Positions 53,084 through 63,668 of a stretch of DNA of 64,000 bases are shown here, piece by piece. The position numbers and the translations under genes were made by a program. Source of the DNA: Candidatus Krumholzibacteriia bacterium (GTDB taxonomy: Bacteria > Krumholzibacteriota > Krumholzibacteriia > Krumholzibacteriales > Krumholzibacteriaceae); contig CAWIIQ010000001.1 of the NCBI GenBank assembly GCA_963836185.1, forward strand, positions 128,001 through 192,000, given 5' to 3'. The notes under the pieces are model-generated. The model worked only from the letters and a program-made list of their open reading frames with translations. It ran no database searches and had not been told where the DNA came from. Every line of letters starts with the position of its first letter. The first letter of the stretch is position 1.

Positions 53084-56000
53084 TTGTTCTTTCCCGCAAG
53101 ATGTTTCAGGTACGACCTGTTGACCGTCGGTTCGGCCACCCAGTTTTCGCCGTTCCAGTAGCGAATGCCCTCGAGGAGAGCTTTTTCATCGTCTTTCTCT
53201 TCCGGAAAATCCAGATAGGTCAGGCTGTCGACGCGGCCGCTGCTGCTCCTGACCACCTTGACTATCTCCGCACCGGTAAAGGTCATGCCATCCTCGATCG
53301 TGAACAATACTTCTTCGGTCCTGCTCTTCACCCTGACACGGAGGCTGTCGTCATTTTTCATGATGCGGGTGTGCAGGGGCCAGACACGGGAGACATACCT
53401 CTCGAACCGGTGATAGGGCGGAAGCTTGACATAGTATTTCGCTATATCGGTCTCCATCCCGGTGAGGGCATAGCAAGCTCCGCGAGGCGACGATCCTTCG
53501 ACGTTGCCGGGATCGAGGACGACTATGACATTTGCGTTCAGCGCTATGTTGTATCCTGTCAGCAGCAGTTCTTCCCTTCCGTCACCATCGATGTCCCAGG
53601 CAGCCATCTCCTGCATGATCCCCTTGTGGAAGAATGCCTCGAAAGATCCGTCATCAAGCGAGAACCTGACCAGGGAAGCAGGCGGTTCTGTCTTGTGATG
53701 GGTTCCCACAAAGAGATGTCCCGGCCCGAATTCCTCGCTGAACGGAGATGTCGATTTTATCATCTGCAGACTGATCCTGTGCGCTGTTCTGTCCATGCCG
53801 GAATCTAATATGGACGCTTCGTCATAGACATGCCTTCGTAGCGAGTTGTCCGCGCCGGTCGAATACCAGGATGAACAGCTTGTTTCGATCAGGATCGCTG
53901 TCATCTGAGTGCCACGAGTCAGCCACGGCCGCCAGTATTTCCTCGCCATCATCCTCCAGAAAATCCCCGAAAGAGATGTGCATGTACGCGCTCGACTTCG
54001 ATATATCAAATCCAACGTCATATGAAGCGATCAGGATTCCTCTGGCGCTCCTCATGAGCAGCCTGGTTTTGTTGTGACTGACCTGTGTTATGGTGCTGTC
54101 TATTTTTATGCCGCTATGTTCAAGATAAGATCTGTTCATCGTGGGGTCCGGCGTCCATTCTTTTCCATCCCAGTACCGGACACCTTCCATGAGCTCATTT
54201 TCATCTGTTTTCTTTCTGGCGTATTCGAGACTGGTGATGCTGTCAGGCGCCTTCCCTGCGCGCATTGTATGGCTCATGACCACTTCGGCACCGCAGATCC
54301 TCATGTCGTCCGCGAAGGAATACTTGACGTCTTCAGCGCGGCTTTTTATCGAAAGGTTCAGAGTATCGGCATCGTCGAGGATCGATACCCCTAATGGATA
54401 CATGGGGCCTGTCAATCTCTCGAACAGGCGGAATTCGGGGAATCTTATATAGTACTTCGCGATGTCGGCATTCATATACGGGACGTTATAATTGTAGCCT
54501 CCTGGGGATGAACCTGCCATGTGTGCGGGGTCTAACACCGCTGCGATGGAGGCGTCGAGGGCTATGTTGAATCCGGCAAGAAAGATCTCTCTCTTCCCGT
54601 CTCCATCGAAATCACGGGCTGTCATTTCGGGGCAGTATCCCTTGTGAAAGAACGCCTCGAATCCGCCTCTGATGACATCGGCTTTTATAACGGCGGCAGG
54701 AGTGAAGGTCCCGTAGTGCGTGCATACGGCTACAATGCCCTTCCGCAGCTCATCAAGAAAAACGGCGTTCGAAGCGATCATCGTTATAGGCTTTTCATAC
54801 GCCCAGGGATCCATCTCTTTCCCCATGACCTCTTGCTGATCGTATGCATTGTGGTGCATCAATCGTCCTTCATCGTTGAAGACGAAGAAGTGCAGCCTGT
54901 CGAAATTTGATTTTTGACGGCGGAACTGGCGTGATTCCACTGCGATTGCCAGAATCTCTTCTCCCGGATGATCGTCCAGGTCGTGACGATAGATCCGGAC
55001 GTGCGGGCTCGCCGGGTAGATGTAAAACTCCGCCTCGTGGGTCGTCAACAGACGCGCGTACTTGTTGTGCATGATCAACTGGCCACCCTTGACCTCGACA
55101 GTATCTACTTTCCGGTCGAGGTACGGTGGCAGGATAAATAGGACCAGCACGGCGAGCAGCAGGGGAACCAGGCTCGCTGCCAGATGCTTTCTCCACATGA
55201 ACAGCCTCTGAAGCAGCGGCTTGCCGATGGGCGTCCTGCGCCGGGCTGTCAGATCTGGATCGAGGAATATCCCGGCCACATCCGTAACGGGTACGAGATC
55301 GATCTTCCTCGCCGGGTACTCTCGGGAAAGGGCGGCAAGTTCCTTCTCTGCCGTATCGAGATTCCCGACAGGGAGGATCAGCTTCGAGAACCTCGAAAAG
55401 AAGGCGGCCCGCATCTTTTCGGCGATATGTGAATCTTCAACGGTCAGGATATTCCCGCCAGGGTCCACTTTGCCGGTAAAAGATGTGACATCGTCGAAAA
55501 TCAGTGTCTGCCTGTAGAGGTCGAGCCTGCTGAGGACGGATATGAGCAGGGCAGCGATGGCAAGACCCGCGGATCCCCCGGACAGCCTCTGGATCGCCGA
55601 AGCGGGGAAGGAGGCGATTTCGGGGAGAGATATCCTGTATTCCCTGGGCACTCTCAGGATACCTTTCATCCCCATCATGGAGGCTGCGTAATCCTCTCCG
55701 ACTTTTACGGCGGTACGGATCTGGCTCTCGAAGGTACTTTTAGGCTCGGCTGAGATGTTGTCGAAAGTGATTGCCGGATCGTATTTCCTCCGGACGCTCC
55801 ACTCACCGGTGATCCTGATCTCGACGCGTGCCTTTACGACACGGCCCGTACTGAAGGGTGTCTTTCCCGTGTTGTATGTCGATACGAGGGGGAGGCCGAC
55901 CGTACCCCAGGCGTTTTCCCTGAAGAAACCTCCAGTTCCGGTCTCGCTCCTGCCGTCAGTATCTGTATTCGGCCCGTTCGCGGGCCGGTTCCCGTCCAGG

Positions 56001-56371
56001 ACAGCCGAGATCGAATCGATCTCCGCCCGGATCCTCGATAATCCCTCTTCGACTCCGGCAGGGATATAGTCGCCTGTTGCCAGCGCGATGTCCCCGGTCA
56101 CCTCGTTAAGTGACAGCAGACCCTTGTATCCAAACGAGATATATGCCCCTGAGATGATCGTGTCCATGATGATGGGAGTGAAGCGGGCGAGCTGGGCGGC
56201 GTAGAAGGCCGGATTGGCGCTCTTGAGCTCCGCAAGCAGGATAGCGGCGGGCTCAGAGAGGGACAGGCCATCCTTCTTCCCCTTGAGTTTAAGGTAGAGG
56301 TGCTGAAGGAGGTCGTCGATTTCCCTGATCGACAGGTCGAAGTCGTTGGTCAATTGTGCCCCGCCTGGCAA
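53080..56371 (-). CDS. Transmembrane protein: Lon/S16 protease domain, TM helix and two tandem FG-GAP-like extracytoplasmic modules; one frameshift near 53843
   Basis: LSGGSAGLA..FTGKVD..G.I..V....EK..AA....LILP..N; TM LAASLVPLLLAVLVLFILP; DFDGDGKREI / DIDGDGREEL; the repeat alignment continues across the frameshift. Confidence 0.75.
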
Positions 56372-56479
56372 AGTCTCCCGCGGGTACCCCCTCCGCGGCG
56401 GCTCAAATATTTAAACCGGTTAATTCTAACCGATAACAGGCATCCAAATCAAGGAATTGAGAAAATCCGTCATTGATAC

Positions 56480-56524
56480 TTGACAGGCAACGATACGAGT
56501 AGTATCTTTACTATGGTTATAGTA
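56480..56524 (+). promoter_or_regulatory. Promoter and candidate BlaI-type operator
   Basis: TTGACA-17-TATCTT, then TACTAT-GGTT-ATAGTA (56509-56524). Confidence 0.7.
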
Positions 56525-56551
56525 GAACGGCCGGTTTCACAGGGAGAGGCT

Positions 56552-56950
56552 ATGGCAGGACAGGATAAACTCACTCCCGTCGAATGGGAAATAATGGAGG
56601 CGGTCTGGGCCCTGGGCGAGGCTCCCTCGGTCCGGGAAGTACTCGAGAATGCCTTTCCGAATGGTGAGAAGGCATACACGACTGTTCAGACGGTCATGAA
56701 CATACTCGAGAGAAAAGGATTCCTCGAAAGGAAGAAGACGGGGATGGTCAACTTCTACAGGCCGCTCCGCTCAAGGGAAGATATGGAGCGCGAGGAGATG
56801 TCATCTATCGTCGCGAGGATATTCGGGGGATCGAAGCCGGCACTGGCCAGCTCGCTTCTCTCCCTCGAGGGGCTCGAGCTCGGCGAGCTCGAGCAGATAA
56901 AGGAAATGCTGGCCAGGCGCGAGAAGGAGCTGAAGGAGGATACGAAATGA
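56552..56950 (+). CDS. BlaI/MecI/CopY-family repressor
   Basis: LT..EWEIM..VW, AYTTVQTVM..L.RKG, FGGS. Confidence 0.92.
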   Translation: MAGQDKLTPVEWEIMEAVWALGEAPSVREVLENAFPNGEKAYTTVQTVMNILERKGFLERKKTGMVNFYRPLRSREDMEREEMSSIVARIFGGSKPALASSLLSLEGLELGELEQIKEMLARREKELKEDTK

Positions 56951-58551
56951 TCCAGATGCTCAACAGCGCCGGAGCGACCTGGGGGGAGTTCTTTCTTCTC
57001 GCCGTAGTGCAGAACACGATATTTCTCGGTCTTGTCATCGCGGCTCTTCATATTTTCCGCAACGCGCCGGCCCGGGTGAGATATCTCATAGCTTTCACCG
57101 GTCTTGTGAAACTCGTGCTGCCCCCATTCCTGCGTATCCCTTCGATCATGACGATTCCGGAGGAGGGTGTCGGTGGTTACGGCAGCGTGATACCGTTTGT
57201 GAACGGTTCTGAAAGCGGATCGGTCTCGACGGTCATATCGGCAGGAGAGAATCTCACTGCTGCCGGAGTGTTTCTCGGGATCTGGGCCATTGTCGTTATT
57301 GCGGGGTTGGTCCTTCCCGTAGCGGCATCGGTCAGGCTCGCGCTGAAGTTGAGAAAAGCAGGACCTGTAGATCCAGGGGATATTCCCTGGATATCAGGTA
57401 TCGGGAACGTGCGGATCCTCAGGTCCGATCGCATCGCGATGCCGATCACCGTAGCCTATCTGCCGGGTCGCATATATGTCCCGATGGCATGGGACGAATG
57501 GACCATGAGCTGCCGCAGGATGGTCCTGATGCACGAGAAGGCCCACATGCAGAGACATGACGGACTCGTACTTATAATGCAGATAATCGCGAGAGCGATC
57601 TATTTTTTCCATCCGCTCGTCGCAATCCTCGATCGCAGGCTCTCCGAGTACAGGGAGATGGCATGCGACGACGCGACGGTAGGAGGGGACAGAGACTCCG
57701 GTGTGGAGTATTCCAGGTACCTGGTTGAAATCGCCGAATCGATCGTACGGGGTCCTTCCGTATGCGGCTCGGCGTCCGCCCTGATCAGGCGGAAGAATGA
57801 ACTGCTCAGAAGAGTAAGTTATCAGCTCGAGGAGGGCAGAATGCGTTCCATTTCAAAGACCAGGATAATGATACTGATGGCGGCGATAGTGCTGCTGGCA
57901 GTATCCCTTTCGTGGTACCGCGGCGAGGCGGATACCATTGACCCGCAACCGGCACCTCCGGTGCAGCCGGATCCTGCGGCACATCCCGCTCCCGTCGCGC
58001 CTCCGTCGCAGGAGAACTCAAAGAGGGCGATCAACGTGTCGCTCGCGAGCGATGGAGCCGAGGTCGACGGAAAGTCGATCGATTTGTCACTGCTCGTTGA
58101 GGCGCTCAAGTCAGTGGGAGGAGATGACCCGGAGAACGTCATGGTGAGGTTCGTATGTGCCGATGATGTGTCGATGGGGCAGGTCCGCATGTTTCACGAA
58201 GCCTTGGGAGAGGCCGGTATCGACAAGATCCGGTACGGTAAAAGTGATGGTGAGGGACTTACCATCCAGCTTCCGCCCCGGGAGGCGCTCGACCGGCTGG
58301 CGGAAATGCCGGAAACAATGATCATCGATGTGGTGGTCGGAAAGAACGGCGGTGTCGTTGTCGGTGCCCGGAATGTGGAGATAGATGAGCTGAAGGGTGT
58401 TATCGAAAAGAAACTCGAAGAGACACCTGTTGCTATCGTCGTGATCCACAATGATGAGGCAACGAGTTACGGTGATTTCACGAAGGTGCTTGCGCTGGCC
58501 AAGAAGGCGGGTGCGGAGCGGATCGTTGTTAAGTACGGAAAAGAAGAGTAA
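56947..58551 (+). CDS. BlaR1-type M56 metallopeptidase with Pro-rich linker and two ExbD/TolR-like C-terminal domains
   Basis: HEKAH..RHD, YFFHPL, REMACD; two copies of V....D..(V/T)S(M/Y)G...V...L..AG..(K/R)I. Confidence 0.85.
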   Translation: MIQMLNSAGATWGEFFLLAVVQNTIFLGLVIAALHIFRNAPARVRYLIAFTGLVKLVLPPFLRIPSIMTIPEEGVGGYGSVIPFVNGSESGSVSTVISAGENLTAAGVFLGIWAIVVIAGLVLPVAASVRLALKLRKAGPVDPGDIPWISGIGNVRILRSDRIAMPITVAYLPGRIYVPMAWDEWTMSCRRMVLMHEKAHMQRHDGLVLIMQIIARAIYFFHPLVAILDRRLSEYREMACDDATVGGDRDSGVEYSRYLVEIAESIVRGPSVCGSASALIRRKNELLRRVSYQLEEGRMRSISKTRIMILMAAIVLLAVSLSWYRGEADTIDPQPAPPVQPDPAAHPAPVAPPSQENSKRAINVSLASDGAEVDGKSIDLSLLVEALKSVGGDDPENVMVRFVCADDVSMGQVRMFHEALGEAGIDKIRYGKSDGEGLTIQLPPREALDRLAEMPETMIIDVVVGKNGGVVVGARNVEIDELKGVIEKKLEETPVAIVVIHNDEATSYGDFTKVLALAKKAGAERIVVKYGKEE

Positions 58552-58555
58552 CGTA

Positions 58556-58587
58556 AAAAGGGGCTTCCGGATCATCCGGAAGCCCCT
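58556..58587. terminator. Terminator hairpin between convergent genes
   Basis: AGGGGCTTCCGGAT-C-ATCCGGAAGCCCCT with an A-run on the left. Confidence 0.75.
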
Positions 58588-58595
58588 GGCATCTT

Positions 58596-61500
58596 CTACT
58601 CGTACTTGAAAGACTTGTCTGGATATTTCGGGGGATCGGGTACGTCGACCGGCTCTTTCTTTATCAGCTCCTTGAGGTGCTTTATCGCCGCGTCGAGCTG
58701 GGCGTCCTTCCCCTTGAAAGTGGCATGAGGCAGGTTGTCGACTATGATGTCGGGGTCTACGCCATGCCCCTCGATCAGCCACTCGCCCTCCGGGCCGTAG
58801 ACTCCTGTCTCGGCGGCCGAAGCCATTCCCCTGTCGGCAAGCCATGTCCTCATCGAGAGCCATATCTCGCCTCCCCACGTCCTCGTTCCGATCACCTTGC
58901 CCAGGTCGAGACGCCTGAACCCCTCGGTGAAAGCCTCGCCGTCGGAAGCGGTGCGCTCGTTGCAGAGAACGACGATGTGTCCCCTGAAGGCGTACTGCAT
59001 GTTCCATGTCGGAGAGCCCTTGCGCGGCTTCCAGTAGAACCATGCCTGGCGGATCAGCTTCTCGAGTATCCAGCTGTCGATATTGCCGCCGCGGTTGTGG
59101 CGTACGTCGATGATCAGCCCCTTGCGGTTGAAAACGGGATAGAAGTTGCGCACCCACTCGGAATAGTTTCCTCCGCCCATCGCGCGGAGGTGGACATATC
59201 CGATATCACCGTCCCCTTCTTCCTCGACTATCATCCGGCGCGTATACTCCCATTCGTTATAGCGGAGGTTGCTCTCCTGCCTCGGCGTGATCGGCTTTAC
59301 CACCGTCTCGACCGTCTCCTTCTTTCCTTTCGGCATGATTGTGAGAAGGACCTGCCTGTCAGCCTGGTTTTTCAGGAGCACGGCCGGGTCCTCTACGCTG
59401 AGGACTGAGATCCCGTTGATCGCAGTGATGACGTCGCCCTCGCCCGCCTTTACTTCCGGCCTCGCGAGAGGGGAGAGGTACTCGGGGTAATCGGGCTCTG
59501 TCTGGTAGATATGCTCGATCCTGTACCCTCCGGCCTTCTCGTCCCTTGTCAGCCTGGCGCCGAGCGAGGCGGGGCTGACCTGGTCCTCACCGCTGCGCCG
59601 GTCGCCTCCGAAGACGAAAGTGTGAAGGGCGGAGAGTTCGCCGACGAGATGAGCGATCAGGTCGTTGAGCTCGTTACGGTCGGTGACACGGTCGACGACG
59701 GGCAGATGCCTCTCGAGCAGGCCTTCGTAGTCTACGCCGTGCATGCCGGGATCGTAGAAGAAATCCCGCTCGAGGCGCCACGCCTCGATGAACATCTGTC
59801 GCCACTCATCGCGCGGTATCACCGAGAAATTCCAGGCGGAGAGGTCGACCTTCTCCTTCGCGAGTTTCGACGGGGGAGAGGTCGAGGCGTCTATGACATA
59901 GACGCTGCTGCCCTTGCGAACGATCAGTTTCTTTCCGTCGCCCGAGATGTCGTATCCGGTTACGCCGTCGAGCAGGGTCTTCGTCTCGATATCGTCGTTT
60001 GTTATCCCTATAGCCTTGAGGTTGCGTTTCCCCTCGTATGTGATCTCGCGGTCGACGACAAAGATCGCCTTGTCGTTGACCTTCATGCTCGAGTAAGCGC
60101 CGGCGGGAACGGGGACCTCGACCGCACGTTCGATGAGGCCATCGAGCTCTATCTCGACCTTAATGCCGTCGTCTTTCTCCTTCTCGTCATCCTTTTTCTT
60201 ATTTTCATCCTTTTTATCGTCCCCGTCCTTCTTTCCATTCTTCTCAGCGAGGTAGACCTCGTCATCGGGGAGGAAGGGCGAGCGCAGACCGGACTGAAGC
60301 GCTGTCATGTAGATCTTCGTCGTCTTGTCGAAGAAGGGCTCAGGCTGTCGTGGCCCCCACGGGGACCGAACGAGCGACCTGAAATTCCTGTCGGAGAGGA
60401 AATATATCCACTTGCCGTCGGGGGACCAGACAGGGTTCTCGCTGTCGACACGGTCGGTCGTCATAATCGTGATCTTGCCCGTGTCGAGACTGTAGAGATG
60501 TATCCGTGAATGCTGGTTCTCCGCGTTCGCCACGTAAGCGAGCCACCTGCTGTCGGGGGACCACGCGAATCCGTAGAAGCCGTATCGCTCGGAGGTGGCG
60601 ATACGCTTGTTCTTCTTCTTTTCGACGTCGTAGATCCAGAGCTCATAGTTCTTGTCATCGTAGACGAAATGCTTGCCGTCGGGGGACGGGACCCCTTCAT
60701 ACCGGAAGACTTTTCCGTCCGAGGTGAGAGCCTCCTCCATCCCCGGCACGATGGCGTCGAGCTTGACGAACTCGAGTTCACCTGTCTCGTCCGAGAGGGC
60801 GAGGATCGACTTGCCGTCAGGCATGAAGGCGGCATTGCGGTACCGCACGCTGTTTTTCCTCGTGACCTGGGCGAGACGGCCTTTCTTTACCGGCGCGGTA
60901 AATACGAGCCCGCGGGCTGTCATGACGATGCGGCTGGCGTCGTGAGAGATGCCGAGCGAGGTCATGTAGTTGACCGGGTTTTTCACCCATCGTTCCCTTG
61001 TCTGGTCGAAATCGGAGGCGAGGGTGATATCCAGCCTGCTGTCCTCGCCCTTTTCAATGTCGTAGAGGAAGAGGTCGGCGACTCTCTGGTAGACGATCTT
61101 TCCGCCGTGCAGCGAGGGATGGTTGATATCCCATCCGCTGTGAGTCGTGTGCTGCACGAGATCTCCGCCTGATTCGTCCATCGACCAGATATTCATCGTG
61201 CCGTCACGGTCGGTCACGAAGTATACGCGGCCGTTCCACCACATCGCCGCCTTGCTCGTGCCGGTGTAGTCGGCGGTCAGGGGGACGGCCTCGTTCTTGC
61301 CGGGGCCGAACTTCCACAGGTTCTGCGCCGTGCCCCCTGTGTACCTCTTCGTCTGGCTCCCCTGGAACGGCAGCCTGGTGAAATAGAGGGCGCCGTCACC
61401 GCCGTACGATCCGTCGCTCGCCTGCGCGAGAGGAACGAGCTCGATATTCCCCGAGTCGAGATCGATCGCGGCGAGCTGCATGTCCGGCAGGGTAGAGAAT

Positions 61501-61871
61501 TTATACGTGCTGTACAGGATCCTGCCGTCGGGCGTCCATCCGGAGACAAGAGCGGTTCCGCCCTCGAATGTCCGCCTGACGGGGAGCCCGCCGTCTACAG
61601 GTATCGTGTAGACCTCGGTCGGGCCTTCGTACTGGGCGGAGAAGGCGATGAGGGTCCCGTCGGGGGAGATCTCGGCGTTCGTCTCCTGGCCGTGGTGTGT
61701 GGTAAGGCGCCTCGCCATCCCGCCATCGGCGCCGACGATCCATAGGTCGCCCTCGGCGGTGAATACGATCGTATCGTCGTGTATGGCGGGGAACCTGTAG
61801 TAGCCGAGGTTGCCCGCGGCGTTGAGCGTTACAGGTATGATCAGAAAGAGAAGCAGAAGAAGGCGTTTCAT
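58596..61871 (-). CDS. Tricorn protease homolog (PD40 propellers, PDZ, peptidase S41)
   Basis: GYYRFPAI..D.IVF..EGDLW, ELSALH, IDVRHN.GG, ASDGE, GTRTWGG, IEGHGVDPD. Confidence 0.95.
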   Translation of the reverse strand: MKRLLLLLFLIIPVTLNAAGNLGYYRFPAIHDDTIVFTAEGDLWIVGADGGMARRLTTHHGQETNAEISPDGTLIAFSAQYEGPTEVYTIPVDGGLPVRRTFEGGTALVSGWTPDGRILYSTYKFSTLPDMQLAAIDLDSGNIELVPLAQASDGSYGGDGALYFTRLPFQGSQTKRYTGGTAQNLWKFGPGKNEAVPLTADYTGTSKAAMWWNGRVYFVTDRDGTMNIWSMDESGGDLVQHTTHSGWDINHPSLHGGKIVYQRVADLFLYDIEKGEDSRLDITLASDFDQTRERWVKNPVNYMTSLGISHDASRIVMTARGLVFTAPVKKGRLAQVTRKNSVRYRNAAFMPDGKSILALSDETGELEFVKLDAIVPGMEEALTSDGKVFRYEGVPSPDGKHFVYDDKNYELWIYDVEKKKNKRIATSERYGFYGFAWSPDSRWLAYVANAENQHSRIHLYSLDTGKITIMTTDRVDSENPVWSPDGKWIYFLSDRNFRSLVRSPWGPRQPEPFFDKTTKIYMTALQSGLRSPFLPDDEVYLAEKNGKKDGDDKKDENKKKDDEKEKDDGIKVEIELDGLIERAVEVPVPAGAYSSMKVNDKAIFVVDREITYEGKRNLKAIGITNDDIETKTLLDGVTGYDISGDGKKLIVRKGSSVYVIDASTSPPSKLAKEKVDLSAWNFSVIPRDEWRQMFIEAWRLERDFFYDPGMHGVDYEGLLERHLPVVDRVTDRNELNDLIAHLVGELSALHTFVFGGDRRSGEDQVSPASLGARLTRDEKAGGYRIEHIYQTEPDYPEYLSPLARPEVKAGEGDVITAINGISVLSVEDPAVLLKNQADRQVLLTIMPKGKKETVETVVKPITPRQESNLRYNEWEYTRRMIVEEEGDGDIGYVHLRAMGGGNYSEWVRNFYPVFNRKGLIIDVRHNRGGNIDSWILEKLIRQAWFYWKPRKGSPTWNMQYAFRGHIVVLCNERTASDGEAFTEGFRRLDLGKVIGTRTWGGEIWLSMRTWLADRGMASAAETGVYGPEGEWLIEGHGVDPDIIVDNLPHATFKGKDAQLDAAIKHLKELIKKEPVDVPDPPKYPDKSFKYE

Positions 61872-61994
61872 CCTTACCCCCTGGGAGAGTTGATAGAAGC
61901 CGCCCGGGCACGGCTGGGTTTGTGAACTGTGGACTGAGGATTATACAACAGGGAGACGGGGATGAATCCAGAAATGTTTCAGCGGCGGGCCTGG

Positions 61995-62261
61995 CTATCT
62001 CAATATCATTCCGATTATCGCGAAGATGAGGGCGAGGTTCATCGCCGTTATATATACGTAGAACCACGGGCCTGCGTGGCCGTTCTCGTTCTCGCTCGAT
62101 GTGATGACCTGGTAGTCATGGACGTACTTGATGATCATCATCCTGAAGAAGATGAAGCTGATCTTGTGGCCGCGGGCAGAGAGGAATGAGGCGATTTTTA
62201 TCGCCGAGACAATACCCACTGCGATGCTGACCAGTGCCGCCGCCAGAAATAAGGTACTCAT
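61995..62261 (-). CDS. Small two-TM membrane protein
   Basis: GGAGGG RBS; two hydrophobic helices. Confidence 0.55.
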   Translation of the reverse strand: MSTLFLAAALVSIAVGIVSAIKIASFLSARGHKISFIFFRMMIIKYVHDYQVITSSENENGHAGPWFYVYITAMNLALIFAIIGMILR

Positions 62262-62366
62262 GTCGCCCCTCCTTTAGACTGTTCCCGTGTTCCGTGAAGG
62301 AGACGCGCCGCTGTCGGGCGGCGCGACATCCTTCATTCATTACAGATTACAACCTGTGGGCAGTAA

Positions 62367-63668
62367 TTATTCAATATCAATCGTCTCCGCCCGAAGATCG
62401 CCGTAGATGACCCTCCAGCGGCCGTCCTCGAGTTTCCAGCGCATCAGGACCTTGTCGTGATCGGTGGCTCCGACTGTAGCGCCGTTATATTCGACTTCTA
62501 CGCCCTTCTCCACCATCCCGGCGTAGAATGTGCTGAGACCGCGGACCTTGAAGAAGACCTTTATCTCGTCAGGGCCCCACTCTCCATCTTCCTGGAGACG
62601 GTCGCGGTCCTTGCGGATCTCGCTCGCCGCCGTGTCGAAGGCGGGATCGCCGGGGTACCTTCCGTTTGAAAGGGTAGCGTAGGCCCGGAGTCCCTCGATC
62701 GCTCCTTCCTCGCCGTCCTTTGTTTCGCCGAAATCGAGGGTGCCGTATCCATCGGGGACCTCGAATTCGAAATCCTCCTTCGACAGGGACGCGTTCCACT
62801 GGAAGTCGGTGTATTTCTCGCGGACATCGACCTTTCCATCGTCCGACCTGAACTCCCTCTCTATCAGCACGGGCCAGTTCGTCGACGCGTCGACCCAGAG
62901 GCGGACCGAGCCCTCCTCGTACTGTCCGGCCCACATCGCCGGGTCGTCGACCTCGATCCCCGAGGCGGTGACTCCGTCGATCTCACGGGTGCCTATCTCC
63001 TCGTAGTCGTAAGAGTGGAAATACTCGACCATATCCTGTGCGCTGGTCATGTCGGTCAGGCTCTTTGCGTCGCGGCCTGTCAGGCCGATCGTCACGTATG
63101 CCTCGTCCTTGTGATGGAGGAGGTGGACCTCCTTTTCACCTGCCCTCAAAAAGGTTTCGGCGGAGAGCTTGCCGTCGATGTACATGACCTTCTTCTGACC
63201 AAATTTTTTCGAATGATAGGCTATTATTTCCATGCTGTCCCAGGGGGTCGCCACCCGGTCTATCCGGCAGATGAAATCCTGCGCGTCGCGGACCTGGGCG
63301 ATGACATCCGCCCACGCGACGTCGCCGCTTCCGCCCCTGAATATGACGTTCCATCCGACTAACAGGACAAGCGCGGCTGCCGCGGCCAGAGCGATCCTTA
63401 CCGGCCAACTCAATGACGTTCTTTTTCTGCTCTCAGTCTGCGCTGCGATAGATTCCATGACTCGTTCCTCCAGCTGTTCGATCCTCGTGTCCATAGATCG
63501 AGTCATTCCGGTCAGCAGCATGTCGTCCTCGAGAAGAGCGTCGCGGTACTCCCTGCACACGGCGCATTCGGCGATGTGTTCCTCGATTCCCGCGGTCTCT
63601 TCGGCGGGAAGTTCCGAGTGCAGCATCTCCTCGAGTTTTTCCTGGATCTCGACGCAGCGGTCGTTCAT
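62367..63668 (-). CDS. Anti-sigma factor: zf-HC2, TM helix and LolA-like periplasmic domain
   Basis: HIAECAVC, TM IALAAAAALVLLVGW, AWADV, LWVD..T.WP, F.F.VP.GY; overlaps the ECF sigma stop. Confidence 0.8.
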   Translation of the reverse strand: MNDRCVEIQEKLEEMLHSELPAEETAGIEEHIAECAVCREYRDALLEDDMLLTGMTRSMDTRIEQLEERVMESIAAQTESRKRTSLSWPVRIALAAAAALVLLVGWNVIFRGGSGDVAWADVIAQVRDAQDFICRIDRVATPWDSMEIIAYHSKKFGQKKVMYIDGKLSAETFLRAGEKEVHLLHHKDEAYVTIGLTGRDAKSLTDMTSAQDMVEYFHSYDYEEIGTREIDGVTASGIEVDDPAMWAGQYEEGSVRLWVDASTNWPVLIEREFRSDDGKVDVREKYTDFQWNASLSKEDFEFEVPDGYGTLDFGETKDGEEGAIEGLRAYATLSNGRYPGDPAFDTAASEIRKDRDRLQEDGEWGPDEIKVFFKVRGLSTFYAGMVEKGVEVEYNGATVGATDHDKVLMRWKLEDGRWRVIYGDLRAETIDIE

